From NCBI GenBank assembly GCA_965248535.1, contig CBDFJR010000005.1, forward strand, positions 2,240,001-2,304,000: a stretch of 64,000 nucleotides of DNA. The letters run 5' to 3'. Shown here piece by piece: positions 1 to 9,185 of the stretch (within the stretch, counting starts at the first letter, position 1; the number at the start of each line of letters is the position of its first letter). Both the position numbers and the translations under genes were made by a program. The DNA is from Phormidesmis sp. (GTDB lineage: Bacteria; Cyanobacteriota; Cyanobacteriia; Leptolyngbyales; Leptolyngbyaceae). The notes below the pieces were generated by a model that made no database searches, had not been told where the DNA came from, and worked only from the letters and a program-made list of their open reading frames with translations.

Positions 1-1
1 T

Positions 2-592
2 CAAGGTTTGATCAAGAGGAGTATGGAAAAGTTAAAGATACAAAAAGATGGTGAGGGCGAAACAGGAAGCGCTACACAAAAGTGGCGAGAAAAGTATAGT
101 AAATACAAAAGCTTGTGGGCTGGAATTGCAGAAGGAATGGAGCTTAAAGCTGCTGCGGATCAACTGTTGGAGAACTTCAAAAAAAGGACGGACTTTAAGT
201 ACACAGGTTTTAAGGCACCGTTTAATGGAGAGGGCACCTGTGAAACCTTGTCAGATGAGTTTGCACAAATATTAATTTATGGGTTCGGCTATAAAAATGG
301 AGTCACGAGGGGAACAGCAAATAAGCCGATGCTGATAGGAGAATGTGAAATAATTGATAGTGATAGAAAAACAGGAAACGTGGAGAACGGAGGGGGATGG
401 ATATTCGTGAGCCACACATGGGCGGTGGTTGGGGGAGAGGTCTACGACGTGCTGTTCAAACAAAAGGGAAGAAAGGAACATACGCTAGGAGAAAAGAAAG
501 ACAAATATTTTATCTTTAGTGGAGAGGAATATGTCCGTAATGAAGTCAATAACCAGTACCGTCGTATGGAAGTAAAGACAAGACGGATGTAG
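2..592 (+). CDS. 3' part of a hypothetical protein with a putative Cys-His-Asp (papain/transglutaminase-like) domain; possible toxin/effector C-terminus; frame open to the window edge
   Basis: Frame open from nt 2 (QGLIKRS...). Motifs GTCETLS...SHTWAVV...YDVLF. A/G-rich, no HIP1 sites, unlike its neighbours. Confidence 0.45.
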   Translation, partial: QGLIKRSMEKLKIQKDGEGETGSATQKWREKYSKYKSLWAGIAEGMELKAAADQLLENFKKRTDFKYTGFKAPFNGEGTCETLSDEFAQILIYGFGYKNGVTRGTANKPMLIGECEIIDSDRKTGNVENGGGWIFVSHTWAVVGGEVYDVLFKQKGRKEHTLGEKKDKYFIFSGEEYVRNEVNNQYRRMEVKTRRM

Positions 593-618
593 ACACCTAG
601 ATAAAACGAAGAGCGAAA

Positions 619-951
619 TTAGAGCGATCGCTCACTGTGTTTTTGTGAATTAGTGCGATTGCTGTTCGTGTTGGAAAAAGTGCGATCGCCAGCTAAATCT
701 CCGCTCTCCAATATCACACTATTTTTCCAAAGCTCATATTCGCTGACATCAATCTCTTCGTTCCACACGATCGCATAGCCGCCTGACTCAACTTTAAAGT
801 TCTTAAAAAAAGCAGGTTGTCGAAGCGGAGCAAACATTGGAATCTCCAAAAGAGGACGAATATCGTATTTCTTAACCTCTCGATTAGTAAACTCAATAAT
901 TAGAGTCGTGTCATCGATCGCTTTAGCTTGATAAATTTGAGGATACTTCAT
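619..951 (-). CDS. DUF2442-family protein (putative antitoxin)
   Basis: LIIEFTNREVKKYDI...LRQPAFFKNFKVESGGYAIVWNEEIDVS pattern typical of DUF2442. Confidence 0.8.
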   Translation of the reverse strand: MKYPQIYQAKAIDDTTLIIEFTNREVKKYDIRPLLEIPMFAPLRQPAFFKNFKVESGGYAIVWNEEIDVSEYELWKNSVILESGDLAGDRTFSNTNSNRTNSQKHSERSL

Positions 952-970
952 ACTGCTACTAAACCTGACT

Positions 971-1080
971 CTACTTCAAAGGAGGTAGCTTCCGAAACTC
1001 TTGAGTATTCCACATTTGTAACAGATCTTGCTGATATAGCGTTGCCCACTCTAGAACTAGTTTTTGTGCCCGACTTGGTA
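971..1080 (-). pseudogene. C-terminal remnant of a DUF4160-family toxin, 5'-truncated
   Basis: Minus frame reads VPSRAQKLVLEWATLYQQDLLQMWNTQEFRKLPPLK*, directly upstream of DUF2442, the usual pairing. Confidence 0.7.
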
Positions 1081-1090
1081 CCCTCAGAAG

Positions 1091-1117
1091 TGCATCAGTT
1101 GATTTTGGCAGCACCTA
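1091..1117 (+). promoter_or_regulatory. Conserved motif TGCATCAGTTGA-N8-GCACCTA upstream of FHA gene 1
   Basis: Same bipartite motif and spacing at 3468-3494 (-), 3514-3540 (+), 8013-8039 (+). Confidence 0.6.
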
Positions 1118-1270
1118 TCAACAATAAGCGGGTTTTTAGCGTTGCATTTGTGTTGCGATCGACCAACTTGTCAAACTGAAAGTGTTGCTTCACAAATCTG
1201 CTGCTGATTCACTGCTATTAACTTTTCTAGCTGTTCGCTTGGCACAAGGCACATCTGGCAAGGAGCTTAC

Positions 1271-3232
1271 ATGAAAATTAAGATTTATAACTTCAAAACA
1301 AAAGAAGAACTGCAAGAATTTGACATTGCTTCTGCCATACGATCTAGCGGAAAGTGTACCGTGGGGCGTTCTCCGACCTCTGGGTTAGTTCTCGAAAGTT
1401 CTGATATTAGCCGTAATCATGGCGAATTTAAGTATGAAGCAGGTGACTATTACTTTTTTGATGCGGGTAGCTCGAATGGGTCTTTAGTCAACAATCAAGT
1501 GGCGGTGAAGAATCAGGCATATCGGCTAGAAGCGGGGCAAACTCTTCAGCTTGGAGAGTTTCTCTTGATCCCCCAGCCCCTTGCTCAAGTGTATGAAGCG
1601 ATGACTGTGTTGTCCTCGATCGCGATTCCCCTTCCAAATCCTGAAACGATGGTTGCTTCAGAAGCTCCTGCGACTTTGGAAGACAACGCTAAGCCCGCTG
1701 TTGTGGCGGAACCAGCCGACGATATCGCCTCAGACGGGCTGTTGCCTGAAACGGATCTCAAACACGAAGCCGTGAGCGAATCTGAACCACAATCAGCCGA
1801 TGAGCCGAACGCAGAAGTTCCACTAGAGCCAGTTGTTTCGCAGGCTTCCTTAGAGATCACTGCTCCAGAGATCAAGCCAGAATTAGCAGAGAGCGTCCTA
1901 CCCATGTCGCTTGCGGATGCACCACCGCCTGATCTCATCAATGAGAGTGCTTTACAGACCGAAGCACCCCCATTAGAAATCGCGCCTGATCCGATTGCTC
2001 TAGAAGAATTAACCGTTATTCAAACTGACGCTGAGATTGATCGATCGAGTAGCTCAGAGGAAGCAGACCTTTGGGAGCAAGCCGCGCCAGAACCCAGTCT
2101 GACAGAAGCGATCGAGCAGCAGGTTCTCATAGCAGATTCTGAAACTGCTCTAGAGATTAGCGTGATGGATGAGGCTCCGGTACAGCCTGATGAGCCTTCG
2201 GTGCAGCCTGATGTTGAAGTTGCGACTCACCCCGATCGCACTGATGAAGAAACCGCAATCGAGCTTCATCACTTAGATGAGTTAGTGTCTGAACTTACTG
2301 TTGTTCCAGAGACAGAGATCAATGAAGATACGATCGACGCTATAGAAACGACTCAACCTTCAGTGGCTCCAGCGATTTTAGAAGACGCGATCGAGGATGT
2401 TGCTGAACCGACCGTTCTACAAACTATTCCTGATCAAAGCATTACAACAATTACTAAAATCGAGGAAGAATCAACGATCGACGCTAAAGAAACGACTCAA
2501 CCTTCAGTGGCTCCAGCGATTTTAGAAGACGCGATCGAGGATGTTGCTGAACCGACCGTTCTACAAACTATTCCCGATCAAGGCGTTGCGGCTGCAATAG
2601 AGGTAGACACAGCAGCAGAACCCACTGTTCTAGAGGAAACAGATACTGCTGTTCAGGTAAACCCCAGCGATTATCTGCCTCAAGAGTTCTCGCTGATAGA
2701 GTCCGCCCCTATTGCATCCGATCTAGATACAGAAACTGAAGACGGCAACGATTTCACTCCGGTCTCAACAATTCCAGAAATTTTGCAACAGAAATACATC
2801 GCGCTGCTTGCCCACGAAAGCCAGAAAGCAGCGCTCGTAGATTTCATCGATCGTCACCAAGCAACTTTCTCAAACTGTTTGTTGATGGCACCTCCCTCGA
2901 TTGGGGCAGCGTTGCTCAATCAAACAGGAATGGCTCTGAGTCGTAGTTTACCGAATCTAACCGCAGGTGGCTATCAACAAATCAGTGCTGCCGTCACGTC
3001 TGGAGAACTGTTAGCGGTCGTGTTTCTACGAGATTTTATCGCACCGCAGCCAACCCAAGCGAACGATGAAGCTTTGTCTAGAGCCTGCAATGTTAGTTCG
3101 GTCATTTTTGCAGCAAATATCGCAACGGCTGAAGCGATGGAAGGCTACCTCCAATTTTTGATCACCTCTGCCGCGATCGCTTCGAGTTATCCACCAGGGG
3201 TCGCTAAGGATCGTGAATTAAGTGACCTATAA
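1271..3232 (+). CDS. FHA-domain protein with long acidic linker and C-terminal degenerate methylglyoxal-synthase-like domain
   Basis: FHA motifs VGRS...ISRNH...SSNGS. C-terminus IALLAHESQK...GGYQQI...VVFLRD...RACNV...AANIATAEAM aligns by eye to MgsA. Confidence 0.8.
   Translation: MKIKIYNFKTKEELQEFDIASAIRSSGKCTVGRSPTSGLVLESSDISRNHGEFKYEAGDYYFFDAGSSNGSLVNNQVAVKNQAYRLEAGQTLQLGEFLLIPQPLAQVYEAMTVLSSIAIPLPNPETMVASEAPATLEDNAKPAVVAEPADDIASDGLLPETDLKHEAVSESEPQSADEPNAEVPLEPVVSQASLEITAPEIKPELAESVLPMSLADAPPPDLINESALQTEAPPLEIAPDPIALEELTVIQTDAEIDRSSSSEEADLWEQAAPEPSLTEAIEQQVLIADSETALEISVMDEAPVQPDEPSVQPDVEVATHPDRTDEETAIELHHLDELVSELTVVPETEINEDTIDAIETTQPSVAPAILEDAIEDVAEPTVLQTIPDQSITTITKIEEESTIDAKETTQPSVAPAILEDAIEDVAEPTVLQTIPDQGVAAAIEVDTAAEPTVLEETDTAVQVNPSDYLPQEFSLIESAPIASDLDTETEDGNDFTPVSTIPEILQQKYIALLAHESQKAALVDFIDRHQATFSNCLLMAPPSIGAALLNQTGMALSRSLPNLTAGGYQQISAAVTSGELLAVVFLRDFIAPQPTQANDEALSRACNVSSVIFAANIATAEAMEGYLQFLITSAAIASSYPPGVAKDRELSDL
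2330..2581 (+). repeat. Two ~108-bp in-frame direct repeats (period 144 bp) in the FHA protein linker
   Basis: TIDA.ETTQPSVAPAILEDAIEDVAEPTVLQTIPDQ occurs twice. Confidence 0.9.
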
Positions 3233-3264
3233 AAGTCCTCTGATGGGTCATCGCCAAGACGTTT

Positions 3265-3345
3265 GCCCCCTAAATTCCCACGAGTAGGGGACTTTGAGCC
3301 AAGACTGCGGTTTCAAAGTCCCTCAGAATAGGGGAGTTAAGGGGC
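3265..3345. repeat. Inverted pair of a cyanobacterial dispersed repeat (CCCCTAAAT...GGGGACTTTGA / TCAAAGTCCC...AGGGGC)
   Basis: Related units at 15480, 15591, 15702, ~19530-19610, ~38600 and ~60950. Confidence 0.7.
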
Positions 3346-3467
3346 TAAAGCCGATCGGAACGCAGCAGGTTCTGATGAGCAAGCTAGCTGCCATTGGAGT
3401 GTAATCAGCTACTGTTTGTTGATTGATCATTATCAGTTTCAAACATCACAACTACTCGTGATCTCAG

Positions 3468-3540
3468 TAGGTGTTGGCGTTCTCAACTGATGCAACCGCG
3501 ATCGCACGTCAAGTGCATCAGTTGAGTTCTCAAACATCTA
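3468..3540. promoter_or_regulatory. Back-to-back (divergent) pair of the TGCATCAGTTGA-N8-ACAYCTA motif upstream of the WD40 gene
   Basis: TAGGTGT-N8-TCAACTGATGCA at 3468-3494 and TGCATCAGTTGA-N8-ACATCTA at 3514-3540. Confidence 0.6.
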
Positions 3541-3576
3541 TCACCTTGAATAAGCTTCTGAATCTACATCATTATT

Positions 3577-5763
3577 ATGGGTGCCTCGATCGAAGCCAGC
3601 CTCACAACACAAGCCCTCACGTTTTGCCCCGGTGGAGCCAGCGTGACCTTTGGCGTAGGTGTGCTGAATCGCAGTGACCAGTTTGTTGCCTTTGAACTGA
3701 GCATTTCCGCCGCAGGGGGCAACCACAACACTAGCTGGTATCGGCTCTATCCTGAAGTTTCTGCTGCTAAGCCACCGGGCGATCGCACTGATTTTCAAAT
3801 CGAAATTTTAGAATCGCCTATTCCCAGCTTTGTTGGAACCGTGACGCTCACGATTCGCGTCTTTTCGCCGCAGTTGTCTGAAGAACGTCGCCTGCTGCTG
3901 CGGCTCACGCTCGAACCTGGCAACGAACTGCCACCGTTGCGCGTGGACTTACCGACGCGGCGGTTTCAGGTCTATCCCCGCAATCAAATTGATCTCTTGG
4001 TGCAGGTGCAAAACTTGGGCAGTCGATCAACGGAGGTGCTGCTGCGCCTAACCGAATTGGAGCCAACGTGGATTGTCGGCAGCGCAGAGCGACGAATAGC
4101 GATCGCGGCAGGGCAACAAGGCGAGACGACGTTTCAATGTCAGCCCCCCAGTGCCAGTCAAGCGCCTAGTCAAGATTATCCCTTTACGATCGCTGTCACT
4201 AACCGTGAAGGATCAATAGCAACTGGAAGCGGCATCGTAGAAGTGTTACCTGTCGGATTTGTGCAATTTGAGGCCCATCCTCAACAGCAGCGAATTCCGA
4301 CCCAAGGCGGCTGGTTACCCGATTGGCGATCGCGCACCGCCACGTTTCAATTGCTGCTCAAAAATATGAGCAACCTCACTCAAGAGGTCAGCATTGAACT
4401 ACGCGGTAAAGATTGCCAGCGATGTGAAATTCAAATGAATCCAGTGACGGCTCTGCCGTTGGGAGAAGCGACTCCGATCAGTTTGAAAGTGAAGCCCCGT
4501 CGCGCTTGGATTGGGCGAGTCAACGTTTTGCAACTTGAAGCCAAAGCTTGGTTATCAGATCAGCGATTGGGTAGCCCAGACCCCGCGACTCAGCTTTTGT
4601 CGCTAAAAGCGTTCCCGATCGTGCCGCTTTGGTTGTTATTAGCATTGTTAGCACTATTGACATTGCTACTCATGTTTTTATTACAACCTCCTGCTGTTGC
4701 CCACACTGCGGCAGTGAATGCCGTTCGGTTTAGCGGCACGAGTGGCTCAGTGACGCTGGTATTGAGTGGCTCTGATGATTGCACCATTCGGAGTTGGACG
4801 AAAGATCAAACTCGTCTGCAACCGCATGGCTTGTTGGCAGCAGGTTCACCGACGGAAGCTTGTGGGGGTAAAGCGCGATCGTCGTCGGGACTGTTTGCAA
4901 TGACTCACCAAGCTGTTAGAACCCTGGCATTTGTTCCAGACAACAATCAACAGGTGTTTGCAGGCTTAAAAAGTGGTGAGATTCAAGTTTGGGATGTGAA
5001 TCGAGGCAAGCAAGACTATACGCTCAAAGACAAAAACGATGTTGCAGGAGATCTGTTTGACTTAGTGTTTACGCAAGATTCTCGTCGTTTATACAGTAGC
5101 TATGGTAGCGGCATTGTGAGAGTTTGGGGAAGTCCTACGGCGGGCGCACAATTTAGTTCGACTCCAGGGATTTTACGGCTTAGAATTCCCGATGCCGATT
5201 ATCAAATTCGCAGCCTTGCCTTGAGTCCCGATGAAACCGCACTGATTACCGGAGGACAATTTAAGCGCCTAGTCCTGTGGAATTTGGCTCGATCCACACC
5301 GCGACTGATTCAAATAGGCGATGCCCAACGGGGAACCAACGACTATATTTGGAGCATTGCTTTTGTGCCCAACTCTTCGTTGCTCGCAACCGCCGACTCA
5401 AACGGCTACATTACCCTATGGGACTTGAAACAATGCCGAAGCGCTCCTTCTGCGGACGGCAATCTAGCGCAAAATTTACTGCCAGAAGTGAAGTGCGATC
5501 GCCACGATCGTTGGCAAGCTTCAAAGCTAGCAGTGCGAGCGATTCAAATCACATCCGATGGGCGACGGTTGGTGAGCGCAGGCGACGATGGGCGGATTGT
5601 GGTGTGGCACTTGACACCCGACTATAAACAAGACCAAACCCAAAAAGAACATTCGATCGCAACACTATCCAGCAGCATCACTACCCTTGACTTAACTGCC
5701 AATGACAACCTGATTGTGAGCGGTGGAGCAGATTCTCAAGTCAGACTTCACTCGCTAGATTAA
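3577..5763 (+). CDS. Membrane-anchored protein: N-terminal Ig-like/COG1470-type repeats, one TM helix, C-terminal WD40 propeller
   Basis: TM LWLLLALLALLTLLLMFLL; WD40 motifs HTAAVNAVRF, IQVWD, ITLWD, SAGDDGRIVVW. Confidence 0.8.
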   Translation: MGASIEASLTTQALTFCPGGASVTFGVGVLNRSDQFVAFELSISAAGGNHNTSWYRLYPEVSAAKPPGDRTDFQIEILESPIPSFVGTVTLTIRVFSPQLSEERRLLLRLTLEPGNELPPLRVDLPTRRFQVYPRNQIDLLVQVQNLGSRSTEVLLRLTELEPTWIVGSAERRIAIAAGQQGETTFQCQPPSASQAPSQDYPFTIAVTNREGSIATGSGIVEVLPVGFVQFEAHPQQQRIPTQGGWLPDWRSRTATFQLLLKNMSNLTQEVSIELRGKDCQRCEIQMNPVTALPLGEATPISLKVKPRRAWIGRVNVLQLEAKAWLSDQRLGSPDPATQLLSLKAFPIVPLWLLLALLALLTLLLMFLLQPPAVAHTAAVNAVRFSGTSGSVTLVLSGSDDCTIRSWTKDQTRLQPHGLLAAGSPTEACGGKARSSSGLFAMTHQAVRTLAFVPDNNQQVFAGLKSGEIQVWDVNRGKQDYTLKDKNDVAGDLFDLVFTQDSRRLYSSYGSGIVRVWGSPTAGAQFSSTPGILRLRIPDADYQIRSLALSPDETALITGGQFKRLVLWNLARSTPRLIQIGDAQRGTNDYIWSIAFVPNSSLLATADSNGYITLWDLKQCRSAPSADGNLAQNLLPEVKCDRHDRWQASKLAVRAIQITSDGRRLVSAGDDGRIVVWHLTPDYKQDQTQKEHSIATLSSSITTLDLTANDNLIVSGGADSQVRLHSLD

Positions 5764-5775
5764 AGGATTATCGCC

Positions 5776-7983
5776 ATGAATGTGACTCAAACTCCGCTCA
5801 AGATCATTCTCAACCCACCCGACATGCTGGAAGGGTTTCCCGGAGAGACGGTAGAACTTCATGTTGTGGTGATCAATCAAGGACACCAAGGAGCCGTGAT
5901 TGATGTCTTTTTCGATCAGGTGTTCCAAGCCTTAAGCCAGTGGTGCCCAACCACGAGAGAACGACTCGCCCTCGACCCCCAGCAAAGTGGGGAAGTGACG
6001 TTTCGGTTTGATGTCCCGATCGAGGCGCTACCGGGTACTTACGACTACACGTTAGTCGTCGATGCGCCCGAACACTACCCCGAAGAAACACCAGTTAAGT
6101 ATGGGTGTCAGCTTAAAGTGCTGCGAAAAGAGCAAACGGTGATTCGGTTTAACAATCCTACGTTTGCGCTCAATCCGCCAACAAATCCAGAGCGCCCGGT
6201 GTTGATTCACCCAGGGGTGCCGCTACAAATGCAGGTGTTAGTTAACAATCGATCAAATCGCGTCGATCGCTTTCGCTTGGCGTGTCTCGACCTTGATGAA
6301 GACTGGTTCAAAATCAAATATTCACCCAATCAACTAGGTGGGGCGGGGCTAGTCTCAGAGACAGCGGGGCTGGAGCTAAATCCGGGCGCACATGGGCAAA
6401 TTGTCTTTGAGCTATTGTTTCCCCCCAATATGCCTGCTGGCAACTATACCCCAACCTTGCGACTCTATTCCGCCAACGCACCAGATCTCGTTTTGCTAGA
6501 TGTGGTGTATCTGCAAGTGCCGTCAGCGCATCAACTCAAAACAGAGCTAGTCACGATTTTGGGCAAAGTCAGCCGCCGACCCGGACACTATCAACTCCGG
6601 CTCATCAACCAAGGCAATCTTCTGCGAGAGTTGACGGTGCAAGCCCAGGGAACGACCGAAGAAGAACTGTGTCGCTACACCTGTGATCCCTCTCCTGTGC
6701 AACTGCTGATTGGACGCGAAACAAAGGTGGATCTGACGGTGCAACCGCTTCACTGGTGGCGACGACCCCTGTTTGGACGCGCCCTAGAACTTCCGTTTCA
6801 AGTCAAACTGGAGGATTTGAACGGTTTGCCAGTGCCAGAGAAATCGCCGCAGGCAACGCTGCTTTGGAAAGCTCGACCTTGGTGGCAGTTTTTGTTAGTG
6901 CTGTTAGCGGGACTGGGCACGATCGGGAGTCTTGGCTTTCTGATTTGGTTTTTCTTTTTTAAACCCGCACCGCTGCCCAAGCTGACGGAGTTTAAACCCG
7001 ATAGTCTAAGCTACACCGAGGGGGGAAAGGTGTTGCTGAATTGGACGATCGACAATGCCGATCAGGTTTCACAACTCACGCTCACGACGGCGAAAGATGC
7101 AGATCCCGGTGATCCAAAGACTTTTGATTTGCGTCAAGGCATTCCATCTGCTCTAAACTCCTTTTGCTCATTGCAGCAGCGCCTTCTAACTTGTGCGAAC
7201 TTCAACACAGGCGCAACCCAAGCTGGTAAATATACGTTCAAACTTCAAATCCAGCCACGTCATTCTGAGCAACCTGTTGAACGGATGTTGGCGGTCGAGA
7301 TTAAGCTGAAACCATTGCCACAAGTGCAGACGTTTGAGTCCGATAAATCTCGCTATCAAAAAGGCGATCGCGTGTTCTTAAAATGGCAGATCACAAACTT
7401 TAGTCAATTAGCGACCCTGAATGTGATTGGCAAAGATGATAATGGGGTGGCAATTCCTTCGAGCAGTTTTACCTTTAATAAGATTCCTTTGGGTTGCCAA
7501 CCGCCTCAAGGCGAGAAGTTAAGCTGCGATCGCGTCGGGATCACCCTACCGCCGATTCCTGGAGGCTATACGCTGCAACTTCAACCCATTTCAAACACCT
7601 CACAGCAACCCCAACCTTCAACGCCCATTAAAGTTCTCGTTGCCGCAACCCCGCCCAAGATTGTTGCCTTTACATTAAATGGAGCCACCTTATCGCGATC
7701 GGAGGCAGTGTCACTAAAAGCGGGGCAGACCGTGACGATCGAGTGGCAGGTGCAGGGTGATGATACGACCGTGAAACTTGAACCGATTGGAAATGTGCCC
7801 AACAGTGGCGCTCAACCAATCCCCGTTACGCCCACCTTGTCTCGAATTGCCCTCACTGCAACCAACAAACAAGGGCAGTCAGTTGAGCAAGCCTTTTTAG
7901 TCCAGGTTCAATTGCCACCATCCCCATCTCCGTCTCTGTCTCCAAACATTCAGTTGCGCGCTCCGAGGCTCCCAGCCCGCTAA
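5776..7983 (+). CDS. Membrane-anchored COG1470-like / Ig-repeat protein
   Basis: Beta-rich repeats (VINQG, VNNRSNRVDRF, LINQGNLLREL), TM WWQFLLVLLAGLGTIGSLGFLIWFFFF, C-terminal Ig-like L.W motifs. Confidence 0.7.
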   Translation: MNVTQTPLKIILNPPDMLEGFPGETVELHVVVINQGHQGAVIDVFFDQVFQALSQWCPTTRERLALDPQQSGEVTFRFDVPIEALPGTYDYTLVVDAPEHYPEETPVKYGCQLKVLRKEQTVIRFNNPTFALNPPTNPERPVLIHPGVPLQMQVLVNNRSNRVDRFRLACLDLDEDWFKIKYSPNQLGGAGLVSETAGLELNPGAHGQIVFELLFPPNMPAGNYTPTLRLYSANAPDLVLLDVVYLQVPSAHQLKTELVTILGKVSRRPGHYQLRLINQGNLLRELTVQAQGTTEEELCRYTCDPSPVQLLIGRETKVDLTVQPLHWWRRPLFGRALELPFQVKLEDLNGLPVPEKSPQATLLWKARPWWQFLLVLLAGLGTIGSLGFLIWFFFFKPAPLPKLTEFKPDSLSYTEGGKVLLNWTIDNADQVSQLTLTTAKDADPGDPKTFDLRQGIPSALNSFCSLQQRLLTCANFNTGATQAGKYTFKLQIQPRHSEQPVERMLAVEIKLKPLPQVQTFESDKSRYQKGDRVFLKWQITNFSQLATLNVIGKDDNGVAIPSSSFTFNKIPLGCQPPQGEKLSCDRVGITLPPIPGGYTLQLQPISNTSQQPQPSTPIKVLVAATPPKIVAFTLNGATLSRSEAVSLKAGQTVTIEWQVQGDDTTVKLEPIGNVPNSGAQPIPVTPTLSRIALTATNKQGQSVEQAFLVQVQLPPSPSPSLSPNIQLRAPRLPAR

Positions 7984-8012
7984 GAGAGCATTTGCGCTCT
8001 AAATGCTAAAAC

Positions 8013-8039
8013 TGCATCAGTTGATTTTGGCTACACCTA
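8013..8039 (+). promoter_or_regulatory. Conserved motif TGCATCAGTTGA-N8-ACACCTA upstream of the FHA2-kinase operon
   Basis: Nearly identical to 1091-1117. Confidence 0.6.
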
Positions 8040-8126
8040 CTAAGCATTAAACTGCTCAAGCGATCGCAGGCATACTCCAATGTCTAATGATTGCTCCTCA
8101 GACAGGTTTAGCAAAGGTGTAAAGAG

Positions 8127-9113
8127 ATGAATATCAAAGTCTTTAATTCGCGGACTCAAGCTGAAATTGCTGAAATCGATTTAACTGAAATCCTCGATCG
8201 AGAAGAAGCTTATTTAATTGGTCGATCGGCGGATGCCAGCTTAGTTTTAGACAGTGCTGATGTCAGCCGATTACACGGCAAGTTTTTCCAACAAGATGCC
8301 AATCTTTACTATATGGATCTCGGCAGTCGTAATGGTTCGAGTGTGAACGGCAATGCAGCAGAGGTCAATCAGAACTATCTTCTCAAAGCTGGAGATCTGA
8401 TCCAAGCTGGAGAGTTTACTTTAGTGATGCAGTCGATGAGCGGCATCTCTGAAGATGCAACAGTCATGCGAATGCCAGATGCAACGATCATAAGACCACT
8501 AGACGCAATCAATGCTGCATCTTTTATTGAAGGTGAGATTGTTACAAATTCCTCTAGTGCGTTAGTCAAAGTATCTCCTCATACTGACAACGATAGCGAG
8601 AATGTCGATGATCCAAAACATCAAACGCTAGCGTTGTTTTCAGCACTGAACAAGCGAGTTTTGAGTGAGCTACAAGCAACAGGCAACCTGACCCGCGATA
8701 CCTATATCAAGGCAGTTCGGAGAGCGCGCCAGACGATCGAGCAAACGGTGTTGATTGATCCAGAAGAGATTGAAAAGGAAACTGAAAAGAACTGGCAGTC
8801 GTTTGTCCAAGGAACTTCAAATCTAAGCGGGCGCGTCGGCTCGGCGGCGGCTAAAAAAACCTCAGAACTGGGGAGCCGACTGGGAAATGCGGCGGCAAAA
8901 GGGATGGTAAATTTTGGTAGTCGGCTGGGTGCTGTCACGAAAGCTGCCTTGGGTGCAGCTTGGCAAGAAATGAAGGCTCCTAAATCTCCCCTGCAAAAGA
9001 TTAACCCTTCAGAGTCAGAGCAGCAAGACGATCGACAAGAGGTTTCTAAGGAACCGGATGCCGCCCAGCCCGCAAAACAGCTACAGTCAGATCCGTCAGG
9101 CGATCCAGAATAA
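8127..9113 (+). CDS. FHA-domain protein
   Basis: IGRSADASLVLDSADVSRLHG...DLGSRNGS; N-terminus paralogous to 1271..3232. Confidence 0.85.
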   Translation: MNIKVFNSRTQAEIAEIDLTEILDREEAYLIGRSADASLVLDSADVSRLHGKFFQQDANLYYMDLGSRNGSSVNGNAAEVNQNYLLKAGDLIQAGEFTLVMQSMSGISEDATVMRMPDATIIRPLDAINAASFIEGEIVTNSSSALVKVSPHTDNDSENVDDPKHQTLALFSALNKRVLSELQATGNLTRDTYIKAVRRARQTIEQTVLIDPEEIEKETEKNWQSFVQGTSNLSGRVGSAAAKKTSELGSRLGNAAAKGMVNFGSRLGAVTKAALGAAWQEMKAPKSPLQKINPSESEQQDDRQEVSKEPDAAQPAKQLQSDPSGDPE

Positions 9114-9185
9114 ACCCCTCTAAGAAATGCTAACTTCATAGGTCTTGACGACAATCTCACAGCAGCAGTACTGGAGCAGTCCACG

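Noticed and set aside
3401..3412. NtcA site GTAATCAGCTAC
   Set aside because: Spacing is N6, not the GTA-N8-TAC consensus
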